DNA from: a virus
Taxonomy: Duplodnaviria > Caudoviricetes
DNA length: 64,000 nt
Virus record (IMG/VR): IMGVR_UViG_3300014205_000007
Coordinates: 34,090-98,089 of that record
Strand: one strand, 5' to 3'
Below, one piece after another: positions 46,823 to 56,260 of the stretch. The notes under the pieces are model-generated. The model worked only from the letters and a program-made list of their open reading frames with translations. It had not been told where the DNA came from and did not search any database. The translations under genes were made by a program, and so were the position numbers. Position 1 is the first letter of the stretch, and every line of letters begins with the position of its first letter.

Positions 46823-46824
46823 AA

Positions 46825-47019
46825 CTACCCTACATTCACCACCTGAACTCTATATTGTGCTGCTAGTTTACCTGCTCTTTGTCTGGCTTCAAAGACAGGC
46901 AGGTCTCTACCTACAACCTGTGGCTTGTTATCCACCCCAATAAGAATCAGGTTGTGCTTGTTCTTCTGGGCGCCCTTGCGGATTTCGATCCGGGAGAGGA
47001 CGTGGAAGTCTGGTGTCAT
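46825..47019 (-). CDS. hypothetical protein
   Basis: small ORF after dnaB. Confidence 0.4.
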   Translation of the reverse strand: MTPDFHVLSRIEIRKGAQKNKHNLILIGVDNKPQVVGRDLPVFEARQRAGKLAAQYRVQVVNVG

Positions 47020-47041
47020 TCAACGGACCCCATCAATGTGC

Positions 47042-48475
47042 TCATCGCGAATAGCTCGCATTCCTAAGTGCATTCGCTCCAACGTCCACAAAGGCGTCGA
47101 TGATGCCAACGCGGCCGTTACGGTTCTTGTCCACGGCGATCTCTATCTTGTTGCAAACCTGCTCAAGCATGTTCTGCCTAGCCTGCTCTGCCTCCACCTC
47201 GTCATAGCGTTGCTTTTCAAGATAGTACGCCGCCCGGTAGAGAAACATCACAACCGATGCGTCTTCCTCAATAGCGCCTGATTCGCGCAAGTCAGCCAAA
47301 CTCGGGCGCTTGTTTTCCCTGCCTTCGACCCCTCGATTTAACTGGCAAAGCCCAATGACAGCAACGTCTAAATCTTTGGCCAGCGTTGCCAATCCATCGG
47401 ATATTTCCGCCAGCTCGCGGTGTCGCATACCTTTGTAGCGGTCGGAGGCTCGCACCAAACCGATATGGTCCACGACAACCAGCCCCAGAGGGGTTCCGTC
47501 CTTTGAGAGCTTACCCGCAAGCTTCGTTGCGCGGGCGATAATATCAGCAACAGTGAGCCCGCGCTGCTCTTCAATGTGGATGGGTAGTGTTTTGAGCCCC
47601 TCGTAAGCAGTTCTTAGCCTGGATATCCCCCGCTCATCCACACGCCGCATGGCGATGTCCTCGTAATTTATCGGCTCACGGTTGGTGTACGCCATGTCCG
47701 ACAGCAGGCGAGCGCCCAACTGCTGGTCCAGCATCTCCAGCGAGAAAAATGCCACTGGATACCCGGCTTTTGCCGCATACCGAATAGCCGAAACAGCAAA
47801 CAAACTTTTCCCCATCCCAGGCCTTCCGGCCACGATTGACAATTGCCCCTTGGGCCAGCCGCCTATCATCTTGTCAAGATCGAGCAGCCCCGTTGTCGGA
47901 TTATCCAGAGCGACAGCCCCTTCTAACGCCTTGAGGGCAGAATCCGCCGCCTCGGCGGCAAGGTAGCTACGCCGCTTCCCCGTCCGCATAGAGGCCATGA
48001 CCTCGTCAACCTGCATCATGGCTGATTGCGCCAAGTCGGAAACGGATTGATACCCGGCGCCGGACCCAAGGGTAAGCTCTGATCCGATCAGAGAAAGCCT
48101 GCGCCGCTGGGAGGCGTCCAAAACTGTTTCAATAGCGTCGGGAAGCGATATCAACCCAACGCGGTACAGGTTTTCCTCGATCAGCCGGCGCAAATAATCA
48201 CGAATGGTCACCGTTGGGGCAACCTCGCTATCTCCGATTACCGCGCAGACAGCCTCAATCGATGGTTTTCGCCCCTCCCCATGCAACCCCAGAAGTACAT
48301 CCATGATGCGATAGTGCAAGCTGCCGTCAAAGTCATCGGCCGTCAGTTTTTCAGAAACGTCAGCAATGGCGTCAGGCTGCACAAGACACGAAACGATAAC
48401 AGCTTTTTCATAATCGTTGCTGTATGGGTCAGCCGGAACTGGGTCCAGCGTTTGAATGCGGATTTGCGGTCTCAA
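47042..48475 (-). CDS. dnaB: replicative DnaB-family helicase
   Basis: VAGRPGMGKS, FFSLEM, VVVDHIGL, LCQLNR, RPSLADLRESGAIEEDA, KNRNG. Confidence 0.95.
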   Translation of the reverse strand: MRPQIRIQTLDPVPADPYSNDYEKAVIVSCLVQPDAIADVSEKLTADDFDGSLHYRIMDVLLGLHGEGRKPSIEAVCAVIGDSEVAPTVTIRDYLRRLIEENLYRVGLISLPDAIETVLDASQRRRLSLIGSELTLGSGAGYQSVSDLAQSAMMQVDEVMASMRTGKRRSYLAAEAADSALKALEGAVALDNPTTGLLDLDKMIGGWPKGQLSIVAGRPGMGKSLFAVSAIRYAAKAGYPVAFFSLEMLDQQLGARLLSDMAYTNREPINYEDIAMRRVDERGISRLRTAYEGLKTLPIHIEEQRGLTVADIIARATKLAGKLSKDGTPLGLVVVDHIGLVRASDRYKGMRHRELAEISDGLATLAKDLDVAVIGLCQLNRGVEGRENKRPSLADLRESGAIEEDASVVMFLYRAAYYLEKQRYDEVEAEQARQNMLEQVCNKIEIAVDKNRNGRVGIIDAFVDVGANALRNASYSR

Positions 48476-49323
48476 CGCTTGCCCCCAACGATGGCCTGAA
48501 TTTGCTTCAAGGCGTCGCTTGTCGGCGCCGCCGACGGATTGGATTTGGTCTGATTTTGCTTCACCGCCGCCGAATATCTTTGGTCCTGCTCTCGTCGCCT
48601 GCGGACCATTTGCGCCAGTTGCGCCCCGACCTGAGCTTCCAAGGGTCTGCGGCTGTTTTCCTGAACGTAGCCGGCCGCCTGGATCAGCGCGAGGTCAAGG
48701 TCAAGATCGTTGCCTCCGAACTGCCCAAGCCAGAATTGGCGCACCCCGTTGAGCAGGACAAGTCGTCCTTTTTCGAACCTTGCCCCCTCGTGGTCTTGGG
48801 GGAAAAAGGGGGAATCTTTTTCTAAGGTAGGAGAATCTTCCCGAAGGGAAGATACTATACGCGCACGCGAGGGGGGCGCCGTAGTGTCAGGCTGATTAAC
48901 GGTTTTGCCTGACACAACCGCCGTAGTGTCAGGCTGCTTAACCATTTTTGTGTCACGCTGCTTAACACTTTCGCGCCCATGATCTCTCTCTTTCGTGTTA
49001 GTAACCTGTTGAGAAACTCGAATTTCCTTGAGTGCATCGGTGATCTGGCATTGAAGCTCGAAGGTTGATTTACCGCGCCCATGCCCTCTCGTTGTGGAGA
49101 CGAACAGACGTAGCTCATCGAGGTGGGCCGACAGCGTCTGGCGACTCCATCCAGTGATGGCCTCAAGCTCGCGCAGTGATGCGTGCAGCACACCATCCTC
49201 GCCGGCAATATGAAACAGAACCAGCGCGAGGTGCTGCGCAACGCGCGTGACCTCGCCTGAATAGAGTACGGCGCGCAGCCAATCGGGGGCGGGCGTCTGG
49301 TTATTCATGGTCGGGGCTGTCAC
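48472..49323 (-). CDS. replication initiator (N-terminal winged HTH)
   Basis: ASLRELEAITGWSRQTL; internal iterons; upstream of dnaB; GTG start after GGAGG. Confidence 0.75.
   Translation of the reverse strand: MTAPTMNNQTPAPDWLRAVLYSGEVTRVAQHLALVLFHIAGEDGVLHASLRELEAITGWSRQTLSAHLDELRLFVSTTRGHGRGKSTFELQCQITDALKEIRVSQQVTNTKERDHGRESVKQRDTKMVKQPDTTAVVSGKTVNQPDTTAPPSRARIVSSLREDSPTLEKDSPFFPQDHEGARFEKGRLVLLNGVRQFWLGQFGGNDLDLDLALIQAAGYVQENSRRPLEAQVGAQLAQMVRRRREQDQRYSAAVKQNQTKSNPSAAPTSDALKQIQAIVGGKR
48877..48966. repeat. iteron-like direct repeats, putative replication origin
   Basis: CGCCGTAGTGTCAGGCTG(A/C)TTAAC at 48877-48900 and 48919-48942, GTGTCACGCTGCTTAAC at 48950-48966, inside rep as in lambda O. 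Confidence 0.7.
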
Positions 49324-49599
49324 CGCGAAGCCTCCAAATAGAAGGCCGGACGAATCAACGCCACACGGAGCCAAGGATGGCACAAAAAGCACACATACGC
49401 AGTGTTTACGGGTCTAGTGTATTTCGTGTTGACACCGCCACTGTATGTGGTAGGCATAGCAACGCCTCCTTGGAGCTGGCGTTCGCGCTGCTCCGATTGA
49501 TGTGTAAGCCTCGGCGCCCCGGCAGGGTGGCCAGTACAGTCCAGACCTCCATAGGGTCTAAGACTGGAACGCGAAACTGGACTTGGATGATTTTGAAAT

Positions 49600-49627
49600 A
49601 GGGCCACCCCGGCAGGGTGGCCTTTTT
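49600..49627 (+). terminator. intrinsic terminator of a counter-transcript
   Basis: AGGGCCACCC-CGGCA-GGGTGGCCTTTTT. Confidence 0.65.
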
Positions 49628-49725
49628 CATTTCCGCGCTACGCCGCGACAGGACTCGGACGCTAACCCAACAATCCACGAGTCCACAAGGCGCATTCGTG
49701 CCACACTATAAACAAAGAGGTGGCG

Positions 49726-50832
49726 TCAAGCCACCTCCCGGTCCTCAAAATTGATCGGCAGCCGCCCGTGGTAATTGACCCCGCGCACCCCAGGTTTACG
49801 CACCATGTCCTTGACCAAGCCTTTACGGATCAGCTCTGCCGAGGCGCGTCCGAAGTTGTGCAGATTGAGGTTAGGCCAATAGTTTTTCGACTGTATCCAA
49901 TGCTGGTAGTACATATGCAGGTCCGTTGCCGTGATGGGCTTGGCCCCTTCATAGGATGGCTCGGTGGCCTCCTCGTAGAACTGACGTACCTGGATAAGGG
50001 GGTCTACCGCCAGTTTTGGGGTGTGGATAAGTGCCTTCGGCTCGGGGTCGTTATCGGCCTCGGAAAGGTCATCCTCGATCTCCTCCTTGGCTACCGATTC
50101 GACCGGATCGGGGCTCTTGGGCCACAGACCAACGCCTAGGGCAAAGCAGATCGGCTTGGCACAGATGAGAAGGGTCCCGAGGAAAAGCATCAATGCGCGC
50201 TGCACGCCAGCAACGGACAATCCCGTATCAGCCGCCAGACCGCGGGCGCCTGGGTCAGGATCGATGAATACCGGGGCTGGCTTTACCTCGATGTTGGAAA
50301 AGGCAACGTCAGCCTTTTTGTTGCGTAGCGCCTGGATTTCCGATTTTGCAATGTCGCGGTTGACGTTGGCCTGTTTGGCGAGTAGGAGCGCCCCGATGCT
50401 TTCGGTCTCCCCCTGCATGTCATCGAGGAGCCGATTGAGAACGACGTCCTTTTTGACCTTGGTCTCGGCGTCGGCGGATAGCTGGGCAGCGTAGGTTTTC
50501 TCGGCCATCTCCGTCTTGGTGACTCGCTCTTTAATCCCGAACTGGTAGAATGTGAGCCCAGAATACAACATTCCGCACAGGACAAAAAGAACCAGTCCGG
50601 TTGCCGTCAGGTAGTTTTTACCGCGCAGCAAGGCGCCGACAAAGCAGGAAAAAAGGGCGATGACCACCACGTCCACGAACAGTGATCCGGCGCCGTAGAT
50701 GGCTTCACCGCGTGAAGTAGAGGCCCAGGTGATGGCTGTGTCAAAACTACCACTGGCGGTAATTGAGAGGCAGACAAGGCCAGAGAGAATCGCTAGAACG
50801 CAGAGGACGTACCGCCCGAAAGGACCCGACAT
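49726..50832 (-). CDS. multi-TM coiled-coil protein with C-terminal wHTH-like domain
   Basis: three N-terminal TM, coiled coil, fourth TM, ITATDLHMYYQHW...FGRA tail. Confidence 0.6.
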   Translation of the reverse strand: MSGPFGRYVLCVLAILSGLVCLSITASGSFDTAITWASTSRGEAIYGAGSLFVDVVVIALFSCFVGALLRGKNYLTATGLVLFVLCGMLYSGLTFYQFGIKERVTKTEMAEKTYAAQLSADAETKVKKDVVLNRLLDDMQGETESIGALLLAKQANVNRDIAKSEIQALRNKKADVAFSNIEVKPAPVFIDPDPGARGLAADTGLSVAGVQRALMLFLGTLLICAKPICFALGVGLWPKSPDPVESVAKEEIEDDLSEADNDPEPKALIHTPKLAVDPLIQVRQFYEEATEPSYEGAKPITATDLHMYYQHWIQSKNYWPNLNLHNFGRASAELIRKGLVKDMVRKPGVRGVNYHGRLPINFEDREVA

Positions 50833-51008
50833 AGAGAAAACCCCCGATAATTCACTGGTTTTGATGCGCCTCCTACGCGGTTATCAACAATAAAGAAACG
50901 CCCCCAAGTACGATGGTACTGAGGGAGCGTGAAAGGTCAAGTCACGGATTGTTTTAGGAGTTCACGGGTAAGTGCAACTTACCTATCGCGATCTGGTCGT
51001 TGCTCCGC

Positions 51009-51087
51009 CTACTCAGATATCCCGCACATAGCCTTGAATATCTTGCCGCGGTCGGCCCTATAGCGTCCCGAGCAATTAATGCAGTTG
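51009..51087 (-). pseudogene. 3' remnant of the ATP-grasp gene split by the IS
   Basis: joining across the TSD restores VEFNC-INCSGRYRADRGKIFKAMCGISE*. Confidence 0.8.
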
Positions 51088-51146
51088 CGGTATTGTGGAG
51101 CATACGCCACAAGAAGTGAATCCCCCTGCACCCAACATTATGGGGC

Positions 51147-51593
51147 ATGAACGAGAGATCGAGAGGCGCGCGCTACGCCATATCAGCGCTCAAGAACAAG
51201 CGGGCCACGCTTGCCGCTGAGATCGTCCAGCTAGAGAGTCAGATCAAGGCTCGCAAACACAGCCTAGAGCATGTGGACGCCTGCTTACGGCTGCTGGACC
51301 CGTCCGTGGACGTGGACGCCATCCCCAACAAGAGAGTGGCCAAGCACATCAACCTGTTTCGACAGGGAGAGTTGGGGCGATTGGTCCTCGGCGCACTGCG
51401 TAATGCCCACGGCAAGCCGTTGAGCACCGCCGACGTCGTCGACGTCGTCGTCGCCGACGGCGGATACGGCGACGCCGCTCGCGCCGCAATGCGCGCTCGC
51501 GTCAGAAGCAATCTCGCCTATTTGGAGCGGCGGGGGAAGGTCGAGAAGGTTGGCGAGCGCGGGGGCGCGCGATGGGCGCTCATCAACACCTGA
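51147..51593 (+). CDS. IS passenger: coiled coil + wHTH hypothetical protein
   Basis: ISALKNKRATLAAEI...LFRQGELGRL...PLSTAD. Confidence 0.65.
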   Translation: MNERSRGARYAISALKNKRATLAAEIVQLESQIKARKHSLEHVDACLRLLDPSVDVDAIPNKRVAKHINLFRQGELGRLVLGALRNAHGKPLSTADVVDVVVADGGYGDAARAAMRARVRSNLAYLERRGKVEKVGERGGARWALINT

Positions 51594-51678
51594 GTCATTG
51601 AGACTCATTGACGCCAGAAGAATCGTCTATGCTGGCCCAAACGCGACGCGAATCGCTCGCCAGGCCATTGGGTGGACC

Positions 51679-52440
51679 ATGACATCTCAGCATCTCGAAC
51701 TGCGCGGCACCCGCATCAAGGAAGACAGCAACGGCTACCTCTGCCTCAACGATCTCCATCAGCATTCCGGCGCATCGGACACGCGCGCTCCAAGCAAGTG
51801 GCGGGCGCTTCCGACGATCAAGGAATTGGAGCGGGCGCTGCAGGATAATAGCAGATTTTCTGCCATTATCGAGAAATCGTCTTCTGGAGCAGCGGCTTAC
51901 TCAAAACGTGGGAAGGGTGGCGGCACGTTCGCCCATCACATCTTGGCTCTGGCCTACGCGGAATACTTGAGCCCGGAATTGGCGATCGAGGTGCGCGACA
52001 CGTATATTCGGCTGCGTTCCGGTGACGTCGAGTTTCTCGACGAGGTGCGGCGGAAGGCCGACGAGGCACGCAAGTGGAATGGGGCGCGAGATGCCTCCAA
52101 GGCAGCGCGGGAGCGCTTTACCGGCGTGCTGGCCGAGCGTGATTGCGACGGCAGCGACATCGGCTACGTCACGAACGCGATCTACGTCGTGCTGCTCGGC
52201 GGCAAGGCGCCAGAGGTCAAGAAGAACATGAACCTCCCGGCTGGCGCCAACCTGCGCGACAATCTCGATCTCAAGTCTCTGGTGCAAACGATGGCGACCG
52301 AAGTGATGGCGAGCGAGCGCATCGAGGACGACCCCGAGTGCAAGGGGCGCTATCGCTGCTACGACGCCACGGCACGCGCTGCCTCGTTCGTGAGGGATGC
52401 TTTCGACCGCGAGCGCGAGGACCGCAAGGCCCCACGTTAG
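51679..52440 (+). CDS. IS passenger: KilA-N domain protein
   Basis: GYLCLNDLH..SG....APSKW, GKGGGTFAH..LALAYAEYLSP. Confidence 0.85.
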   Translation: MTSQHLELRGTRIKEDSNGYLCLNDLHQHSGASDTRAPSKWRALPTIKELERALQDNSRFSAIIEKSSSGAAAYSKRGKGGGTFAHHILALAYAEYLSPELAIEVRDTYIRLRSGDVEFLDEVRRKADEARKWNGARDASKAARERFTGVLAERDCDGSDIGYVTNAIYVVLLGGKAPEVKKNMNLPAGANLRDNLDLKSLVQTMATEVMASERIEDDPECKGRYRCYDATARAASFVRDAFDREREDRKAPR

Positions 52441-53420
52441 CCCTTGGCGTGTCGCTGCCAATAGCCGGTGAAGTCCGGTGACGCTTTCTTGCCAAGCGCA
52501 TTCTTGGCAACGCGCGTCACCTGCTCGCCGTTAGCAGTGCGGCGGTTGTCCTCACGCCAAGCAGCCTCTTGAGCAAAGCGCAGCAGATAAGGGCCGCTGA
52601 TGTGGTGATGGTGGCCAGCCTCGCCGCGACGCAGGCGCGAGAAGTAGCTTTCCGCCTGATTGGTACAGGCGCCATCAAGGCTGTAAGCCTCTTGGTGGTT
52701 GATGCGCTTCACCTCGAACCGCGCATGCAGATCATTCCAGCTTGAAGCTTCATCGGCGTGTAACGTCGTGCCCTTGACGACGCGGTGCTTGATCCACGCA
52801 ATGGCTTGGCTCTCCGAGTTGAACACGCCCGGAAGGGTCTCGCCACCACGCTCGCGGATGACGACCACGCACTTGCGCTTGCCGCTCATGTTCTTGCGCA
52901 AGCGGCGGTCAACGCGCTCCTCGCGCAAATTGGAAGGCTTCACGTAGCCACCGAAAAATGCACCATCAACTTCCGCCTCGGAACGGTCATCGCCGATGAC
53001 GCGGCCCTTCATATCTTCGGCCATCGACTCGCGCAGCTTGTGAGCGAGAACGAATGCCGACTTGTAGGAAACGCCCAGATCGCGCGACAGGGCGAGCATG
53101 CTCTTACCCTTCACCTCGTTGCAGAAGATCGCGATGGCGGCGAGGTAGCCGCGCAGCGGCAGCTTGTGCGAGGCGAACAGAGTTCCCGAGGCGATGGAGA
53201 AATCCTTCTTGCACGCACGGCAGCGGAAGCGCGGCGCCTTGTTCGGACGGCGGCAATCGTAGGCGTCCAGCGAGCCGCAGTGCGGGCACACCGGAGCGCC
53301 GTCCGTGTCGGGCCAGCGCACCTTACGGAACAACGTCTCCACCTCGGCATCCGGCATGCGGAACACCTTCCCTAGCGAGAGGGTCTTGGCTTGGCGGGAG
53401 AGGAGGAAGTGCTGGGACAT
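52437..53420 (-). CDS. tnp: IS1595-family DDE transposase
   Basis: MSQHFLLS; CPHC...CRAC zinc ribbon; EVDGAFFGG, HADE, TNQAESYFSRLRR. Confidence 0.93.
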   Translation of the reverse strand: MSQHFLLSRQAKTLSLGKVFRMPDAEVETLFRKVRWPDTDGAPVCPHCGSLDAYDCRRPNKAPRFRCRACKKDFSIASGTLFASHKLPLRGYLAAIAIFCNEVKGKSMLALSRDLGVSYKSAFVLAHKLRESMAEDMKGRVIGDDRSEAEVDGAFFGGYVKPSNLREERVDRRLRKNMSGKRKCVVVIRERGGETLPGVFNSESQAIAWIKHRVVKGTTLHADEASSWNDLHARFEVKRINHQEAYSLDGACTNQAESYFSRLRRGEAGHHHHISGPYLLRFAQEAAWREDNRRTANGEQVTRVAKNALGKKASPDFTGYWQRHAKG

Positions 53421-53504
53421 GTCATCATATCCGATGTAAACTACATCGAATGTGATGATGCGACACCCCGTTGTCAATGATAAACACATCGGATATGATG
53501 ACAT
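53419..53504. promoter_or_regulatory. 19-bp perfect inverted repeat flanking the divergent tnp/regulator promoter region
   Basis: ATGTCATCATATCCGATGT 53419-53437 and 53486-53504; TTGACA on minus strand at 53472-53477. Confidence 0.7.
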
Positions 53505-53520
53505 TTATCGCTAGATACCG

Positions 53521-53754
53521 GTGGGGGACGCTTTGCGGGACGACGAATGGGCCGAAAAGGCCAAAAACCTGCTTAAGGCCGAACTAAAGCGGCGAGGCGT
53601 TGGCTATCGCGAGCTGGCGGAGAAGCTGACGGCGATGGGGTCGCCAGAGACAGACAGAAACCTTGCCAATAAGATCAGCCGGGGTGGGTTTACGGCGGGG
53701 TTTTTTCTTCAATGCTTGGCGGCGGTTGGATCGAAAGAGCTTCGGCTTGACTGA
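53521..53754 (+). CDS. IS passenger: DUF6471-like HTH protein
   Basis: LLKAELKRRGVGYRELAEKL...NLANKISRGGFTAGFFLQCL. Confidence 0.8.
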   Translation: MGDALRDDEWAEKAKNLLKAELKRRGVGYRELAEKLTAMGSPETDRNLANKISRGGFTAGFFLQCLAAVGSKELRLD

Positions 53755-54397
53755 GACTAGGAGTTTGACCGGGTGCAACGTCCGTAATCCAGTTCAGCCA
53801 GTTTACGTCTTTAGCCTGCTCGTATTGATCTACGGGAAACAGGAACGTTACCCTCTGGAATGAACAGTGCCGAAACGTGCACGTCCTGACCAGTGTCGCG
53901 TTGTAATACATCTGGCCTTTTTTGAGTAAGACTGCATCACAAATCGGGTACTTTTGCTCGGTGACGTTGTTCGAATACTCAAGGACTAAATTAGACGGAC
54001 CTATGATCTCGCAGTTGATGAACGTCTTGTTGTCAATTAGCGGATGCGATGGCAGGCAAAAATCTGACAGGTATATTCGCTTGTCCTCAAACGTTTTGGC
54101 CATCGGGTCGACGAACCCGCTGCGCTCATACAGGCGCGCATTGTATTTCGTACGAACCCAGGTGCGATAAGCGGCTGTGAATAGCCAATAAGACGTTGCC
54201 GCTGCCGTCAGGCCAGCGAAGCCCGCAATGACCCACGAAGCCGGTGAATATCGCGAAAACGCTTCGGTGATATGAACGGCCCATGCCGGGACTAGGAAGC
54301 TACTCACGATGCCAAGCCCTTGGACAAGCTGCCATAGGGACCATCGCCATTCGATGTTCTGAAAAAACCGATTGATACGTTCGGTGAGATTCGCCAT
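53690..54397 (-). CDS. IS passenger: two-TM membrane protein
   Basis: two TM helices, then KTFINCEIIGP domain. Confidence 0.6.
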   Translation of the reverse strand: MANLTERINRFFQNIEWRWSLWQLVQGLGIVSSFLVPAWAVHITEAFSRYSPASWVIAGFAGLTAAATSYWLFTAAYRTWVRTKYNARLYERSGFVDPMAKTFEDKRIYLSDFCLPSHPLIDNKTFINCEIIGPSNLVLEYSNNVTEQKYPICDAVLLKKGQMYYNATLVRTCTFRHCSFQRVTFLFPVDQYEQAKDVNWLNWITDVAPGQTPSLSQAEALSIQPPPSIEEKTPP

Positions 54398-54437
54398 TCG
54401 CGTACCTTACACCAGTGGTCTTTGCGCCATAATACCG

Positions 54438-54957
54438 TGCAGTTGAACTCCACGACCTTGAGGCCATGGTGCGGTGTCCGAGCCACGTCAAGAGCATAGA
54501 ACGTGGCAGGCACCCACTTGCGCGCAACACTCATCGCAAACTCGGCAAGATCCATGCCGGCGAACGCCTTTAAATCGTTGGCAGGCTTGACAAACACAGG
54601 GGATTTCCAGGTTTTGTGCTTGACCGTTCCAAGGAGTTGGGTGTCGTGGTCATAATTTAGACCGAGGCTAAATCCAAGGACTGGACCATAAATCGTCTGG
54701 TCGAATGTGCGCGCGTCGTAGAAAATATGCCAAGACTTTGGAACTTTATTCTGCTGCCACAGGCGTATAATCTTAACGCTCCCAAAGGGGATGGCGTCCC
54801 TATCTAAGTCTTCCGGGTCATCGCATGTAATGTCGTCGGTGAATGGTATAAGTCCGAAACGAACCGGGTTGATACCAGATTTGGAACACGCATCAAGGTC
54901 ACGCGCGATTTCAGCATGCGGGACGAGAACGTCTTGAATCGCAACTGTCAGTGCCAT
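54438..54957 (-). pseudogene. 5' part of ATP-grasp (DUF4343/R2K-like) gene interrupted by the IS
   Basis: IPFGS, VFVKP..DLKAFAG, YALDVA, KVVEFNC. Confidence 0.75.
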
Positions 54958-55021
54958 GTTCCCGCTCAGTTACATTTACGGCTTGAGGTTCAAGAGTTGG
55001 GCTTGATATTCCCGTTCGGGA

Positions 55022-55228
55022 TCATGCCACTCTCTTTCCTCTTGCGGCAAGAATAGTCCTGATCTCTTCTGCAGCCCTTAGCTCTGCCGCTTCCCCAGCG
55101 TATCTGAGGACGATGGAGATCAGAGACATATCCCAAGTCTCTGGTTTATCCTCGTCAAACCCAAGGCACTTGGCTATGAGCTTGGCGCGCTGTTCGTTGG
55201 CCATGGTTAAAAGTGTGAGTTCGCTCAT
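55022..55228 (-). CDS. hypothetical protein
   Basis: GGAGG RBS, ATGA coupling. Confidence 0.5.
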   Translation of the reverse strand: MSELTLLTMANEQRAKLIAKCLGFDEDKPETWDMSLISIVLRYAGEAAELRAAEEIRTILAARGKRVA

Positions 55229-55437
55229 CTCGGTTCCTCCGATACACCCGCCTTCATCATCCCCTTACGCATCTCGGCCCTTATGACCTTCATGGCCGCT
55301 GTGCACCCACAGGAATGAGACTTCGCCTTATCGGGATACCCACACCTTACGATGACCTTATGCGCTGCTTCTCGTGCGGCGCGGTCGAGCCAAGTCTCTG
55401 CATCTGATAGGATGTGGAGGGTGATGTCGGCGCTCAC
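55225..55437 (-). CDS. hypothetical protein
   Basis: GTGA coupling. Confidence 0.45.
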   Translation of the reverse strand: MSADITLHILSDAETWLDRAAREAAHKVIVRCGYPDKAKSHSCGCTAAMKVIRAEMRKGMMKAGVSEEPR

Positions 55438-55670
55438 TGCTTACGCTCCATCTTATCAAGGTATTCCGACAGGGCGGCCTCTATGATTGCCCGCTTGGTG
55501 GGGGTGAATGGAGGCTTCTGACGCTTGATGAACTTGCTCAACCTCTCTTGGAGAGGGGTGGCAAGGTCTACGGTGACGGGACTGTAATGCGGTCTGCTGT
55601 TTTCCATAGAAGGGTACCTTAAATGCACGCGGCGGGTGCCGTCAAGGCCATTCTTGGCTTGACTTACCAA
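55434..55670 (-). CDS. ribbon-helix-helix regulator
   Basis: PVTVDLATPLQERL...TKRAIIEAALSEYL; at a divergent junction. Confidence 0.6.
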   Translation of the reverse strand: MVSQAKNGLDGTRRVHLRYPSMENSRPHYSPVTVDLATPLQERLSKFIKRQKPPFTPTKRAIIEAALSEYLDKMERKQ

Positions 55671-56260
55671 TACGTCAGAATTAAAGTTGGGTCAGGGTGA
55701 AGGCCGATCAGATGGCCAAGAACTTTTAGCCACGAAAGGTCACTTACATGATCGCTGCCTTTGATGACCTAGGAACCTTGGCCGCAATGGCTCTGCGGGA
55801 CGCGGTCGAGACCGCAATCCGTGGCCTTGAGGTTGAGATAAAGCGCGAACCTGCAAAGGGCTGCGCCCCGAGGCTGAGAAATATTTTGAACGGCAGCACG
55901 CCGAGCAGATGAAAGCGATTGAGCAACTGCGGCGCCTACGGGGTGCCGCACACAAACGAGTGTTCGATAGCCAAGGCGCAACCCCTCAGTAAAGGCCGCT
56001 TAAATGGACCAGTTCAAATACTCCACCTATGCCGCCAACTACCAGTACGGCACCGATGAACCGAACTCTCTCATGACTTCCTATACCCCCAATCTAGGGG
56101 TTATGACAGGTAGAGAAGCCTTTGATAGAGTGATAAGCTCTCCTAGGTTTTTGACTTGGGAATTTGAGTTGAGAGAGAAGCATTCTAAATCACGCTGACC
56201 TTTCAGCCCCCGCTCACGTCGAGAAAGTCACCCAATTGTTTTTGCAAGAGGATAAGGCAG

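Larger units (their letters stand above)
51088..54437 (-). mobile_element. IS1595-family element (ISNwi1-like transporter IS), 3,350 bp, four passenger genes
   Basis: 23-bp imperfect TIRs CGGTATTGTGGAGCATACGCCAC / CGGTATTATGGCGCAAAGACCAC; 8-bp TSD TGCAGTTG at 51080-51087 and 54438-54445. Confidence 0.92.

Noticed and set aside
40050-56233. 13-bp inverted match GGGTGACTTTCTC / GAGAAAGTCACCC in two intergenic regions
   Set aside because: Tens of 13-mer matches are expected by chance in 64 kb; no third copy seen
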